Below are positions 1-12,200 of a stretch of DNA of 64,000 nt, piece by piece. This DNA comes from Convolutriloba macropyga. Taxonomy: Eukaryota. A program made the position numbers and the translations under genes. The notes below the pieces were generated by a model that worked only from the letters and a program-made list of their open reading frames with translations, searched no databases and was not told where the DNA came from. Position 1 is the first letter of the stretch, and each line of letters starts with the position of its first letter. The stretch is taken from contig NC_134479.1 in the NCBI RefSeq assembly GCF_964194025.1, forward strand, positions 18,414,001 through 18,478,000, in the 5' to 3' direction.

Positions 1-86
1 AGGTCTTCGAAATCTACCTCCAGATTTCTTAAATATTACAATTTAGCACATGTCTATGCAACCCACTCTGAACAATCTTATCTTAC

Positions 87-235
87 ACAAAGTCGCGGCA
101 CTGTTGTTGAGTCTGTTAACAGAGTGTGGAGCAAATTGCAGCTCATTCACAGATCCGTGACCGACCAGCCACTTGTGAAGAGGGTTTTTAGGAGTCGATG
201 TTGTATTTTGGGTAGCAGTTGCAGCCTGGTTCTGG
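87..235 (-). CDS. WDR20: WDR20 exon
   Basis: tttag|C CAG AAC...KNPLHKWLVGHGSVNELQFAPH...|gtaaga, compare RNPLLKWTVGEGALNEFAFSP. Phase 2 matches the preceding exon. Confidence 0.85.
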
Positions 236-3200
236 CTAAATATAGATCAATATTAATCAGCTTTTTTTCTGTCAAGTTTTCACTACTTGTTTATGCAACG
301 TAGAGCTATTTTTGAATTTTATTTTGAAACTACGATTTCTATTCCAAGCTGACAAAGGAGCACAGTTTGAAAATTTGAAGGCAAACTGGAAAATCTAGTG
401 GAAAACTGGAAAATTTAGTTATTCTTTTGGAGCATACAAGCTGGGTAATTAATGAACCGAAAACTTAACAAAATGTTGTATAGAGAAGACCTCAAAAGGA
501 CAGAAAAATGTAAACCAAAAACTCGTGATATACTAAACAATAGAGGCTAATCATTCAGAACGAGAAAAAGAAGAAAAATATCGGAGGTTTCAAAATCTTT
601 TGGATTTTCTCAGTTTCGAAATAACTGAAGAAATCAAAAGTTTTTGACTCCCAAATATTAAGCCGCTAATTGACATGAATTGCACACGAACATTCGTACA
701 TATCAATTGGAATCAGTCAAACAGATCTAACTTTTCCAGAATGAAAAGCTGAGAAAGTCTGATGGGAAAATTTCATTTAGATATGAAGTTCGAACAAATT
801 CTATAGATCTGGGGCAATATCGCATACTTAAGACAACATCAGTTTATTGAGAAAAAGGCAATTAAAAAATAGTATTCCTTTTTTATTCAACTTCAGTTTG
901 TGCTGATAAATTGAGTTACAATTAAGCTCTCAAGTTAGGATCTAGAGTCAGTCAATGGAAACAGCACGAGACTCATCAGCATGTTTTCACATTATAGAAA
1001 ACAACTGTTTTCTTATATAAGAGCAGAAACTTTTGGTTTTATATAGAAACTTGTTTTTGACCACTTTCTACATGAGTTTACATCAGACCTCAAGTTCAAG
1101 TCCACTAGTTGGACATGGCTTCTATTTAACTAAGAAAAAAATCTACGCAAACCTTTTTGGGACAGTGAAATCAATGAAATAGGAGAGAGAGACCAAACCT
1201 TCTTTATGAACTTCACCTTAAAACGATTTTCAGTATTTTTAAATTGCTCTTAAAGTGGCATCAATTGAAGAGCAACTTGATATAGTGGACATTTTATACG
1301 AAAGTGAATAGTTTAAGATTTAACAAAAAGGCAGCTCAAAATTATTGCTCTGAAAAAATTCTGTCAGTTTTTGGACGAACTTAAAACAAACAACGAAACT
1401 AAAACCTCAAATATTCAGTTGATTAGAGTTTTAACATTAGAAAAAAGATTTGAGTAAAACATAATTGTGATATTTGTATTTGCCGGAAAACAACCGCCGT
1501 TGACCCGCTTGACGCACATTGAGATTGCAACAGAAAAATAAAAAATAAGAGAGAGAAAATGACAGGATTTTTTTAAGCATCAAATTAATTTTTACTTGTT
1601 GTGCAAATTCTGCAAATTTGGTTAGATTCTAAAATTACTCTTAATTCAACTTTTAAAATAAACGCTATTAAGCATGATAGTGAAGCCAGCTAGCAATCGC
1701 TTTAATGATCTTTGATAACCTAATGCACTATGCCTTAATGAGCGGGTTTTATATGTTTATCTTGTTTCTTTCGATCTTTTGATTTTGCTCTTATGACTTT
1801 CACCGAATTCACTACATTGCGTAATTCAATGCGTGAAAAAAATTAAAATCCATTCAGTGGAAACACTGACAACCTTGAAACACGTGAAAACCTTGACTTA
1901 TGTAAAATGAAAAACGTGATCAATAGATAAAGCGAATTAAAAAAAGAAGAGCGCCTAAATAATAGTCGCTGAGAGGCTGGCGGCGGTAACTAATAAGCGG
2001 TTGGAAAAGAATTGGAAAGTGTTTTTGTCCTGTGTATCCGCAGCAAGCTATCAAAACCCTTCTAAGCCTGTTACTTGTTTGCATGTTTCATTGGGAATTT
2101 TTTCACATGAAGATTGATTTTGCAAATCGTTGGCTTCTTTAACTGAAATTCTTTTATTGAAATTCTTCCAATGTTTTGCTAAGGTAGACTTCGCTTAAGA
2201 GCATAAACTGATTCATGTTCTACATTCCCAATTTAGAAAATCAATTTAACCCAAAAAGCGGTTTCTTTTTGAGAAATAAAACAAAAAGGCACAAACACTT
2301 AGCAAAATTATATCGAATTCACGCCTGGGGAAGTTTCAGGAAAGATTTTCATATGAAAGGAACTCTTACTTAAATTCAATAGAGAAATAATTGTTTCGAG
2401 TAATTTTTTTTCCTGTCTAGTCTTTGTTTCAGCACTTTAGCGTTTTTGAGTTCGGTAATTCTCGTTGAACATCAATTTATCCCGATCTAAATGCCAATGC
2501 ATATGGCTCACATCTAGTAAATAATAAATCAAATTCAGTGTTCGCTTACATACAAATTTTGCTAAAGAAGATTAAAGTTGATCCTTCGAATTGCTTTTGG
2601 ACAATGCAAAAGTTCTTCCCTTTCGGAACAAAAAAGACGCCATTGAAATTGGATTTATTTTAACTAGTATTGTAACATGTTACATTGTAACTAACAAATA
2701 CTGCCAAATGAATTTTTATGTTTTGGCGAATCAGTTACTTAGATACTAATAGAAAATTAGCTCTAGAATCTTAGAGGAATTACACGTCAACTACCACAAT
2801 CGGGCTTAACCACCACAGAATTTGATGATCAGACGAAAAACCGATAGTACAAAAAATACATTAAAAAGACCAGCACCTCTTAAAGTGCTAGAAACATCGT
2901 TTGAGAGCAATTTTTCAGATCTAACAACCTAATCTTCACATTTGACAAAATAAGAATAATATACTGTGCACTTCCTTACCTGTTAGAACTGGCTTTTGTG
3001 CTCTGAGCTGCTCTAGATTGATAGACGACGTACGTATCTTTCTGTGCAATGGGTGCAAACACAGGCACGCCTTGGTGGTTGGGCTCCGTCGCAGAATAAT
3101 GGTAGACGGCACCACTTAAATGTCCCACTTAAAACGCCGACTCTGAAACAAATTTTCCCTTTCAACAAGTAGGAAAACTAAAATATTGAAATATTGTCTG

Positions 3201-6200
3201 GTTACCGACAATTCACAGTGAAAGAAGAATTAATACCAATGCGATCTAGACATGCTTTATAATTTTACCATTTAGAATTTCACTAGTGCATAAAAATGGT
3301 CAAAAACGTACATCATCATCAAAAGAACAAAAAAAAATCAACTAATTCTTCCCTGATGCAAGCCAACCAAACGACACATATTTTTAAAATGATTCTCACA
3401 AGAAGGCAATAGCGAGCGCACCAATAAATCACATAATGGTACTTTTGCAGGTGATGCTGCTCTTTGACATTTTATTCTTCACGGGAAAACCTTGATTCAT
3501 ACATGTTCAATCCTCCATTTAACAGAGCGTTCATATTTTACGTCACAAACGTCACAAACTGAAGGGAGTATTTACCCGAATTGGGGAGCCACTTGATACA
3601 GGTAACTTTGGACTGTTCATATGCTTTCTCCTCATTGAACAACTTGCCATTATTCTGCCCTCCTCTGTAGTCTGTCAGCTGCGCTTGACCCTGTGTGAAC
3701 CCAACCTATAACAATCAATTACCTGTAAATTGTCAAAATACTTAAAAACAAAAAACACTTCTGAAAAAGCAGAAATCTCAATAGTATTTCAAGAGAAAAA
3801 CTTTCTCTGCAATTTGAATTTGCCCTGAATCCTTCCTGCTTTTTAATCGATAAGTTTAAATAAAAGGCAGAAAATGTCATTTGTAATATACCTTAGTCCG
3901 GCTATATTATTGTGTTAAATTTGTTGAAGTAATGTTTCCCGCTAATTTAATTAACTACTTAGTAGCATGGCTTTTATTACTTAAATTATTCTTTTCGCAT
4001 GATTAATTGTTCAGGGCCTGAGCAGTTTCAATATTGCTTCGGAGCAGGGACGACAGCTATAAGTTTTGTCACTAGAGAAAGAGATTCCAATCTAAGACTG
4101 AATTACTTGTCTACTGATTTTCAACTTGACAATCTTGGTTGTGTTGCTTAGATTATTACTTTTTAAGACCTGAGGGCCGTATTTACATTTGAGTAATCAC
4201 TTACACAAATACATCAAGATTAAATCAAGATAAATAGAACTTCTGGCGCGTGCTGGCACGTGCCGGGCAAATAAGATGAACATAGTAAAGTTTACATTGT
4301 AAATATAAATACAGGCTAGCATTGTCACAAATTCCTCTATTATGGGTAAATCAAATAACAAAAGATAGTTAAATGGTTTTTAAGACAAATATACTTGAGA
4401 AAGTTTACAGGATGTTAATAAAATAAATATACATTTTCTCATCTTAATAAGGCAGAAAAAAGAAGTCTATATATGGCCTTGAGATTATAGCAAGTATAGC
4501 ACTAAATAAGGCGATCAGTAAAATTGGGGAAAAGATATATCGATTACTATATAAAACGTACTTTAGGACGTTACACTACCCACGTTTAATGAAAAATTTA
4601 GAAATAAATTTTTTTTTGATAGAATACACAGATAAAATGTTAATAAAGAGCCACCCTTAAGTTTCTGTTGCGTTTTCGTCAGTTTCCATACAGTCGTTAT
4701 TAAGTTGTTGAAGAAATTCGGGATTCAGTCGATTAGAGCGCATAGAAATTGTCGATTTTGATCGTCTAATCGGCAAATTGGGCTTTTGTGTAGTTGCAGA
4801 GATATCAACTTAGAGTTTTAACAATAGAAAAAAGATTTGAGTAAAGCATAATTGTGATATTTGTATTTGCCGGAAAACAACCGCCGTTGACCCGCTTGAC
4901 GCACATTGAGATTGCAACAGAAAAATAAAAAACAAGAGATAGAAAATGACAGGATTTTTTAAGCATCAAATTAATTTTTACTTGTTGTGCAAATTCTGCA
5001 AATTTGGTTAGATTCTAAAATTACTCTTAATTCAGCTTTTAAAATAAACGCTATTAAGCATGATAGTGAAGCCAGCTAGCAATCGCTTTAATGATCTTTG
5101 ATAACCTAATGCACTATGCCTTAATGAGCGGGTTTCATATGTTTATCTTGTTTCTTTCGATCTTTTGATTTTGCTCTTATGACTTTCACCGAATTCACTA
5201 CATTGCGTAATTCAATGCGTGAAAAAAATTAAAATCCATTCAGTTGAAACACTGACAACCTTGAAACACGTGAAAACCTTGACTTATGTAAAATGAAAAA
5301 CGTGATCAATAGGTAAAGCGAATTAAAAAAAGAAGAGCGCCTAAATAATAGTCGCTGAGAGGCTGGCGGCGTTAACTAATAAGCGGTTGGAAAAGAATTG
5401 GAAAGTGTTTTTGTCCTGTGTATCCGCAGCAAGCTATCAAAACCCTTCTAAGCCTGTTACTTGTTTGCATGTTTCATTGGGAATTTTTTCACATGAAGAT
5501 TGATTTTGCAAATCGTTGGCTTCTTTAACTGAAATTCTTTTATTGAAATTCTTCCAATGTTTTGCTAAGGTAGACTTCGCTTAAGAGCATAAACTGATTC
5601 ATGTTCTACATTCCCAATTTACAAAATCAATTTAACCCAAAAAGCGGTTTCTTTTTGAGAAATAAAACAAAAAGGCACAAACACTTAGCAAAATTATATC
5701 GAATTCACGCCTGGGGAAGTTTCAGGAAAGATTTTCATATGAAAGGAACTCTTACTTAAATTCAATAGAGAAATAATTGTTTCGAGTAATTTTTTTTCCT
5801 GTCTAGTCTTTGTTTCAGCACTTTAGCGTTTTTGAGTTCGGTAATTCTCGTTGAACATCAATTTATCCCGATCTAAATGCCAATGCATATGGCTCACATC
5901 TAGTAAATAATAAATCAAATTCAGTGTTCGCTTACATACAAATTTTGCTAAAGAAGATTAAAGTTGATCCTTCAAATTGCTTTTGGACAATGCAAAAGTT
6001 CTTCCCTTTCGGAACAAAAAAGACGCCATTGAAATTGGATTTATTTTAACTAGTATTGTAACATGTTACATTGTAACTAACAAATACTGCCAAATGAATT
6101 TTTATGTTTTGGCGAATCAGTTACTTAGATACTAATAGAAAATTAGCTCTAGAATCTTAGAGGAATTACACGTCAACTACTACAATCGGGCTTAACCACC

Positions 6201-9200
6201 ACAGAATTTGATGATCAGACGAAAAACCGATAGTACAAAAAATACATTAAAAAGACCAGCACCTCTTAAAGTGCTAGAAACATCGTTTGAGAGCAATTTT
6301 TCAGATCTAACAACCTAATCTTCACATTTGACAAAATAAGAATAATATACTGTGCACTTCCTTACCTGTTAGAACTGGCTTTTGTGCTCTGAGCTGCTCT
6401 AGATTGATAGACGACGTACGTATCTTTCTGTGCAATGGGTACAAACACAGGCACGCCTTGGTGGTTGGGCTCCGTCGCAGAATAATGGTAGATGGCACCA
6501 CTTAAATGTCCCACTACAAACTCCGACTCTGAAACAAATTTTCCCTTTCAACAAGAAGGAAAACTAAAATATTGAAATATTGTCTGGTTACCGACAATTC
6601 ACAGTGAAAGAAGAATTAATACCAATGCGATCTAGACATGCTTTATAATTTTACCATTTAGAATTTCACTAGTGCATAAAAATGGTCAAAAACGTACATC
6701 ATCATCAAAAGAACAAAAAAAATCAACTAATTCTTCCCTGATGCAAGCCAACCAAACGACACATATTTTTAAAATGATTCTCACAAGAAGGCAATAGCGA
6801 GCGCACCAATAAATCACATAATGGTACTTTTGCAGGTGATGCTGCTCTTTGACATTTTATTCTTCACGGGAAAACCTTGATTCATACATGTTCAATCCTC
6901 CATTTAACAGAGCGTTCATATTTTACGTCACAAACGTCACAAACTGAAGGGAGTATTTACCCGAATTGGGGAGCCACTTGATACAGGTAACTTTGGACTG
7001 TTCATATGCTTTCTCCTCATTGAACAACTTGCCATTATTCTGCCCTCCTCTGTAGTCTGTCAGCTGCGCTTGACCCTGTGTGAACCCAACCTATAACAAT
7101 CAATTACCTGTAAATTGTCAAAATACTTAAAAACAAAAAACACTTCTGAAAAAGCAGAAATCTCAATAGTATTTCAAGAGAAAAACTTTCTCTGCAATTT
7201 GAATTTGCCCTGAATCCTTCCTGCTTTTTAATCGATAAGTTTAAATAAAAGGCAGAAAAGGTCATTTGTAATATACCTTAGTCCGGCTATATTATTGTGT
7301 TAAATTTGTTGAAGTAATGTTTCCCGCTAATTTAATTAACTACTCAGTAGCATGGCTTTTATTACTTAAATTATTCTTTTCGCATGATTAATTGTTCAGG
7401 GCCTGAGCAGTTTCAATCTTGCTTCGGAGCAGGGCCGACAGCTATAAGTTTTGTCACTAGAGAAAGAGCTTCCAATCTAAGACTGAATTACTTGTCTACT
7501 GATTTTCAACTTGACAATCTTGGTTGTGTTGCTTAGATTATTACTTTTTAAGACCTGAGGGCCGTATTTACATTTGAGTAATCACTTACACAAATACATC
7601 AAGATTAAATCAAGATAAATAGAACTTCTGGCGCGTGCTGGCACGTGCCGGGCAAATAAGATGAACATAGTAAAGTTTACATTGTAAATATAAATACAGG
7701 CTAGCATTGTCACACATTCCTCTATTATGGGTAAATCAAATAACAAAAGATAGTTAAATGGTTTTTAAGACAAATATACTTGAGAAAGTTTACAGGATGT
7801 TAATGAAATAAATATACATTTTCTCATCTTAATAAGGCAGAAAAATGAAGTCTATATATGGCCTTGAGATTATAGCAAGTATAGCACTAAATAAGGCGAT
7901 CAGTAAAATTGGGGAAAAGATATATCGATTACTATATAAAACGTACTTTAGGACGTTACACTACCCACGTTTAATGAAAAATTTAGATATAATTTTTTTT
8001 GATAGAATACACAGATAAAATGTTAATAAGGAGCCACCCTTAAGTTTCTGTCGCGTTTTCGTCAGTTTCCATACAGTCGTTATTAAGTTGTTGAAGAAAT
8101 TCGGGATTCAGTCGATTAGAGCGCATAGAAATTGTCGATTTTGATCGTCTAATCGGCAAATTGGGCTTTTGTGTAGTTGCAGAGATATCAACTTTGTGAT
8201 CGGTCATTGTTTTAAGAACGCATATTTCATTGTCAAGGTATTGAATTTCTTCCTCGATTTTCAGTAGACGTGCATCTATATTGTTATCTATGTTTGTTTC
8301 TCCAACAATAGTCATCAAATTTTTCATTTTATGGTCAAGGGACTGTATCTTTGTCAACTCACTGTTTGCAACCGAAACTACTGGTTTAAGAGGGATTTTT
8401 CCATCGGAGAATTTCATAAAATTGGGGGTTATTCGTTGGAAAAATTTGATCTTATGATACAGATACATTACTAGAATGTGAAGGAGAAGATTTCCAATGA
8501 AGACTGTAATAGTCAGAGTAAGGGAAAGCTTTATTGGATTATAAGATTCTAACTTTTCGACCAGGGACGGCTTCAGGAGTTGCATTTTGTGGACCAAAGG
8601 GGCTGCTATTTTGTCTAAATCGGCTTGTTTAAGAGAGTCAGTTGTGCTGATCATTTCTACTCTCAATTGTTGAAACAATTCAATGTTAGCATCTGTTTTC
8701 GACGTAAAGTAAGGGAGTTTCTCAATTTCCGGTAACGATGAAATGAGGTGTTGAAGAGAGTCAGCAAGTTTAACATCGATTCGAGTTGCTGGAATTGTTT
8801 GGCAACTCGAGAGGTCCGGTCGGATTTTGATGTGTTTGCTGATCAATTGGATTCCGCATTGGAGAGTTATTATGCAGAGTTGACATCCCTCCTTCTCTTC
8901 ACTAGTTGGCAATGAGGCATCGTTCAAATTGTATTCTCTCCACGTAAATGGTTTTGCGCTCATGATTAGCCAAATCCCGTAACCGAGACTTCTGGCGGTT
9001 TCAGGCGTTGGGAGCATTACTTTTTCTGTTTGGCATACAGAAAGTGCAACAACTGTCGCGTGAAAATAGAGTGTTGCTAAGCAAGACGATTGTGCTAGAT
9101 GGGTCTCCATAGTTTCGTGGCATATACGATAAGTTGAGGATCCTAGACAGTTATCGAGCTGTTGTTGGGTTAATGTAGTCGTCTCCATGGAATCCTGCGA

Positions 9201-12200
9201 AATCGCCAAGTGTGGACCTTCGATGATCCATTGAAGGGCTTCTTTAGGATCCTGTTGGGGCATTGGGATGACGTGTGCACTGTAGACGTGAAATGAAGTT
9301 TGACGGGATGCTGGAGGAATTGCTAGAGTCAAAAGTAATCCTTGTTCAACGGTGGCAATTTCGTAAACAAGTTTGGCATCATAATATGACATGAGATCCT
9401 TCATGGGTATTGCCAGTGACAAACGATCTGTTGAATGTTTCTGGCTATCATGAACTGAATCTAAGACAGCTAATAATGATTCGCGGGGAACTAAAGACAT
9501 TGGTAAACGTTTATCTAACAGAATGGGTATGGAGTTTAGCAAGTTTATACTATAGGCATATAAAGCTGAACGATAGCTTTTGATGTCGGCGTATAAGATT
9601 GATAACAGTGAAGCTACAGCATCGAAGTTGAAATTTAATTGCTGATTTGAGAAGAGCATTTGTGTACAATCTCGTAATAAATGGAAATTTTTCTCGAAGA
9701 TGTTGAATTGATCTTGTACTACTTTCCAATTTTTATTTTGATTATCTTGCATTTCCTGGTGGATTTTCGAAACTTTAGCAATTTCATTAGAGATAAGAAA
9801 GAATTTTTCGTTGCTCGCTGACTCAACTTCGAGTACATAATCAGTAAGAACTGATGCGTAATCGTTAAGTCGTGCAATGTTTTCTGCATTTTTGCGTCCG
9901 TAATTTTGGCATTTTCCGAACAATCTGGTTATTCCGCATCCTTCTGAACTTGCCATTGAGACTCCGAGGGATCCAAAGAGTGCTATTTCAGCAACTGCGG
10001 CGGCTGCTGCTACTGGTGCTGCACGTTTTTGTCTGCTTCTTTGACCGTTTTCTTCAGGGCTTAAAAATTCCGCGGTAACGTTGCGCATATGTTTCACTTC
10101 GTTTTCTGCTGATTTTGTCTCATTTGTGATTTTTGAGAGCATCCAATCAAAGTTGAAAGGTTTATTAGATGAGTTAAATGGTTCTGAAAAGTTAACTGGA
10201 TACACAATCGACGGTTGTGTCCACATAGTTGCTAGTTTTTCGAGCATATCTTCGATTTGTTGTTTCATAACAAAATCGTATTGCGGGAAAGGAACTAGGA
10301 ATTCAACGTTAACGAACTTCTCTGCGAGTAGAATCTTTGATTCTTTGTGAAAAAGAATTCCTTTAGTTAGCGCTTCATATTTAGTTGGGGTCTCTGTATT
10401 AATAATTTCAGAAACTAAGAAGAAAAGAGAAAGAAATGAACAATTTAGTGTTTTCATCGTGAGAAAAATAAAGTGTACTGTAAGTCGAAATTCGAACCAA
10501 GTGATGTTCAATAGAGACCCGCTGTGTTGTTCTACTAATATTTGTCTCAATTGTTAACATTACCATACTGGGTTGATGTTCATTTTATGGTAAATAATTG
10601 TTCTAGCATTTTATATACAGATTTCCAATTATGGTGATGCTGATGTTTGATTTGTAAATAAACATAGTTTCTCCCAGCTGCACGGGTCGAAGCAGCGCTC
10701 AACCTGAGCCAGGGGGGCAAATAATTAGGTTCTTACGGCACCATTTCCCAGCAACACGGGTCGAGGTTGCGCCACTTGCGGCTAATAATGCGAAGCAAGT
10801 AGGGCTAAGTGTTTTCAAGTTTTCTAGATTTTGACCATGTGTTTTAACATTACTGTGTTAAATTCCATTCTGTCTTGCTGCCCAAATGGCAAATTTTTCC
10901 CGAAGTTTGGAGTGTGGGTGAAGACAGTGATTCCACAATGTCAGCAGCAAGTTGAGGGGGGGAGTGGCGGAGGACAATCTGATAGTGATATCAGGCTGTT
11001 TTATATGATTCTGACTGTCCTGTCAATTTACCTCAGCATTATTGCAGTTGTGGCTTGCAAGCTTAGTTTTTTCAAGTTGTTGAAGGTATTGCATTGAATT
11101 GGAGAAATCCTTTTCGCAATTTTTATTATTGTGCATAACAGTTTAGAGTGTACCAGTTGAGACAATTTGTTAGAGTCAAGGTCAGCCGTGAGTTTACAAA
11201 GTTACACACGATCAAGAAAACAGATTCAGCGTAGATGTCTCATTAGACTGGAAATGATATTATGAACTAGTGCGGCTTTACCTTTTGTCATAAATGTAGT
11301 TTTGTGCATGTTGGTGTTGTTGTTGTGCATTTTGGTCATTTAAGCATGTGTTATAGTAAGTGCTGCAATTAAACGTTAATTGCATGTGTTGTCTCAGAGC
11401 TGTGCGGTATAAACATGTTACGCGACTTGTTCATTTCAATCGCTTGTGCAGTTGAACGGCTTGTTAATATTTTAACCGCTTTGTTTTGCTATTAACATTT
11501 GCATGAATTAACAAGAGTTGTTTCATTCCAGTTGAAAATGACTAACTTTAATGACAAATGCTCCTGGTTATTGAAATTGGCCAGAGAAGCGAAATTTGAG
11601 AGATTTGGTTTCCGAAAGTTACAGCATCAAGAGAAGTGGGAAATTAATGAGGGTGATAGTTTTCCAACTGAACCGTTTTATTTGAGAGGGCCGGCTGCTG
11701 AACACATATATTCATGGAATCAAGATTTAATGGACAAATGGAACGGCGGTCTGGTTGACGTCAAGGATTTTGTTAGAAATGAAGGAGGAGTTATTGGTGC
11801 TGAAAATAATGGACAGGACCATGGATACGGTGACTCAAATACAATTTCCTTTGAATTACCTCGAGAAAAAGTTAATTTTGTGGATCACCCAGCGTTGAAC
11901 ATTATGAGTGCTGCCAGTATCGCTGCCGTGGGGGCGTGATGCACTGTTGGACATATCGAATGGGGGGTGGAGAGTCTGTTGCAAAAGTGATATCCCGATC
12001 AAAATTGTGGTTGATAGCATCAAATTCTGATTCCGGAGAAGCCCTATTTGATTTATCCACATTTGATCTATTATTTGATTTTTTAACGAAGGATGCCGAT
12101 CGAAGAGTTGCAAGCAAGGCATCACTTGAAAATCATCTGTTTTATCACGTTGCCGAGCCCTTAGATCTTATAATTCAGCCGAGCTTTGCTGTACATGCGG

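Larger units (their letters stand above)
1423..8194. repeat. Head-to-tail tandem duplication, unit ~3.39 kb (1423-4811 and 4810-8194)
   Basis: Near-identical blocks offset by 3385-3387 nt. The junction GATATCAAC-TT-AGAGTTTT joins env sequence to host flank with 2-bp microhomology. Confidence 0.95.

Noticed and set aside
3882-4575. Independent solo LTR or second insertion
   Set aside because: It shares the same left flank and continues into PPT/env sequence, so it is part of the 3.4-kb tandem duplication.
11936-11941. TGATG stop-start overlap suggesting two ORFs coupled by termination-reinitiation
   Set aside because: The JmjC T-x-x-H-x-E motif lies in the upstream frame after the TGA and joins the downstream ORF at a G-run. 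One gene with a nonsense change and a 1-nt deletion explains this better.
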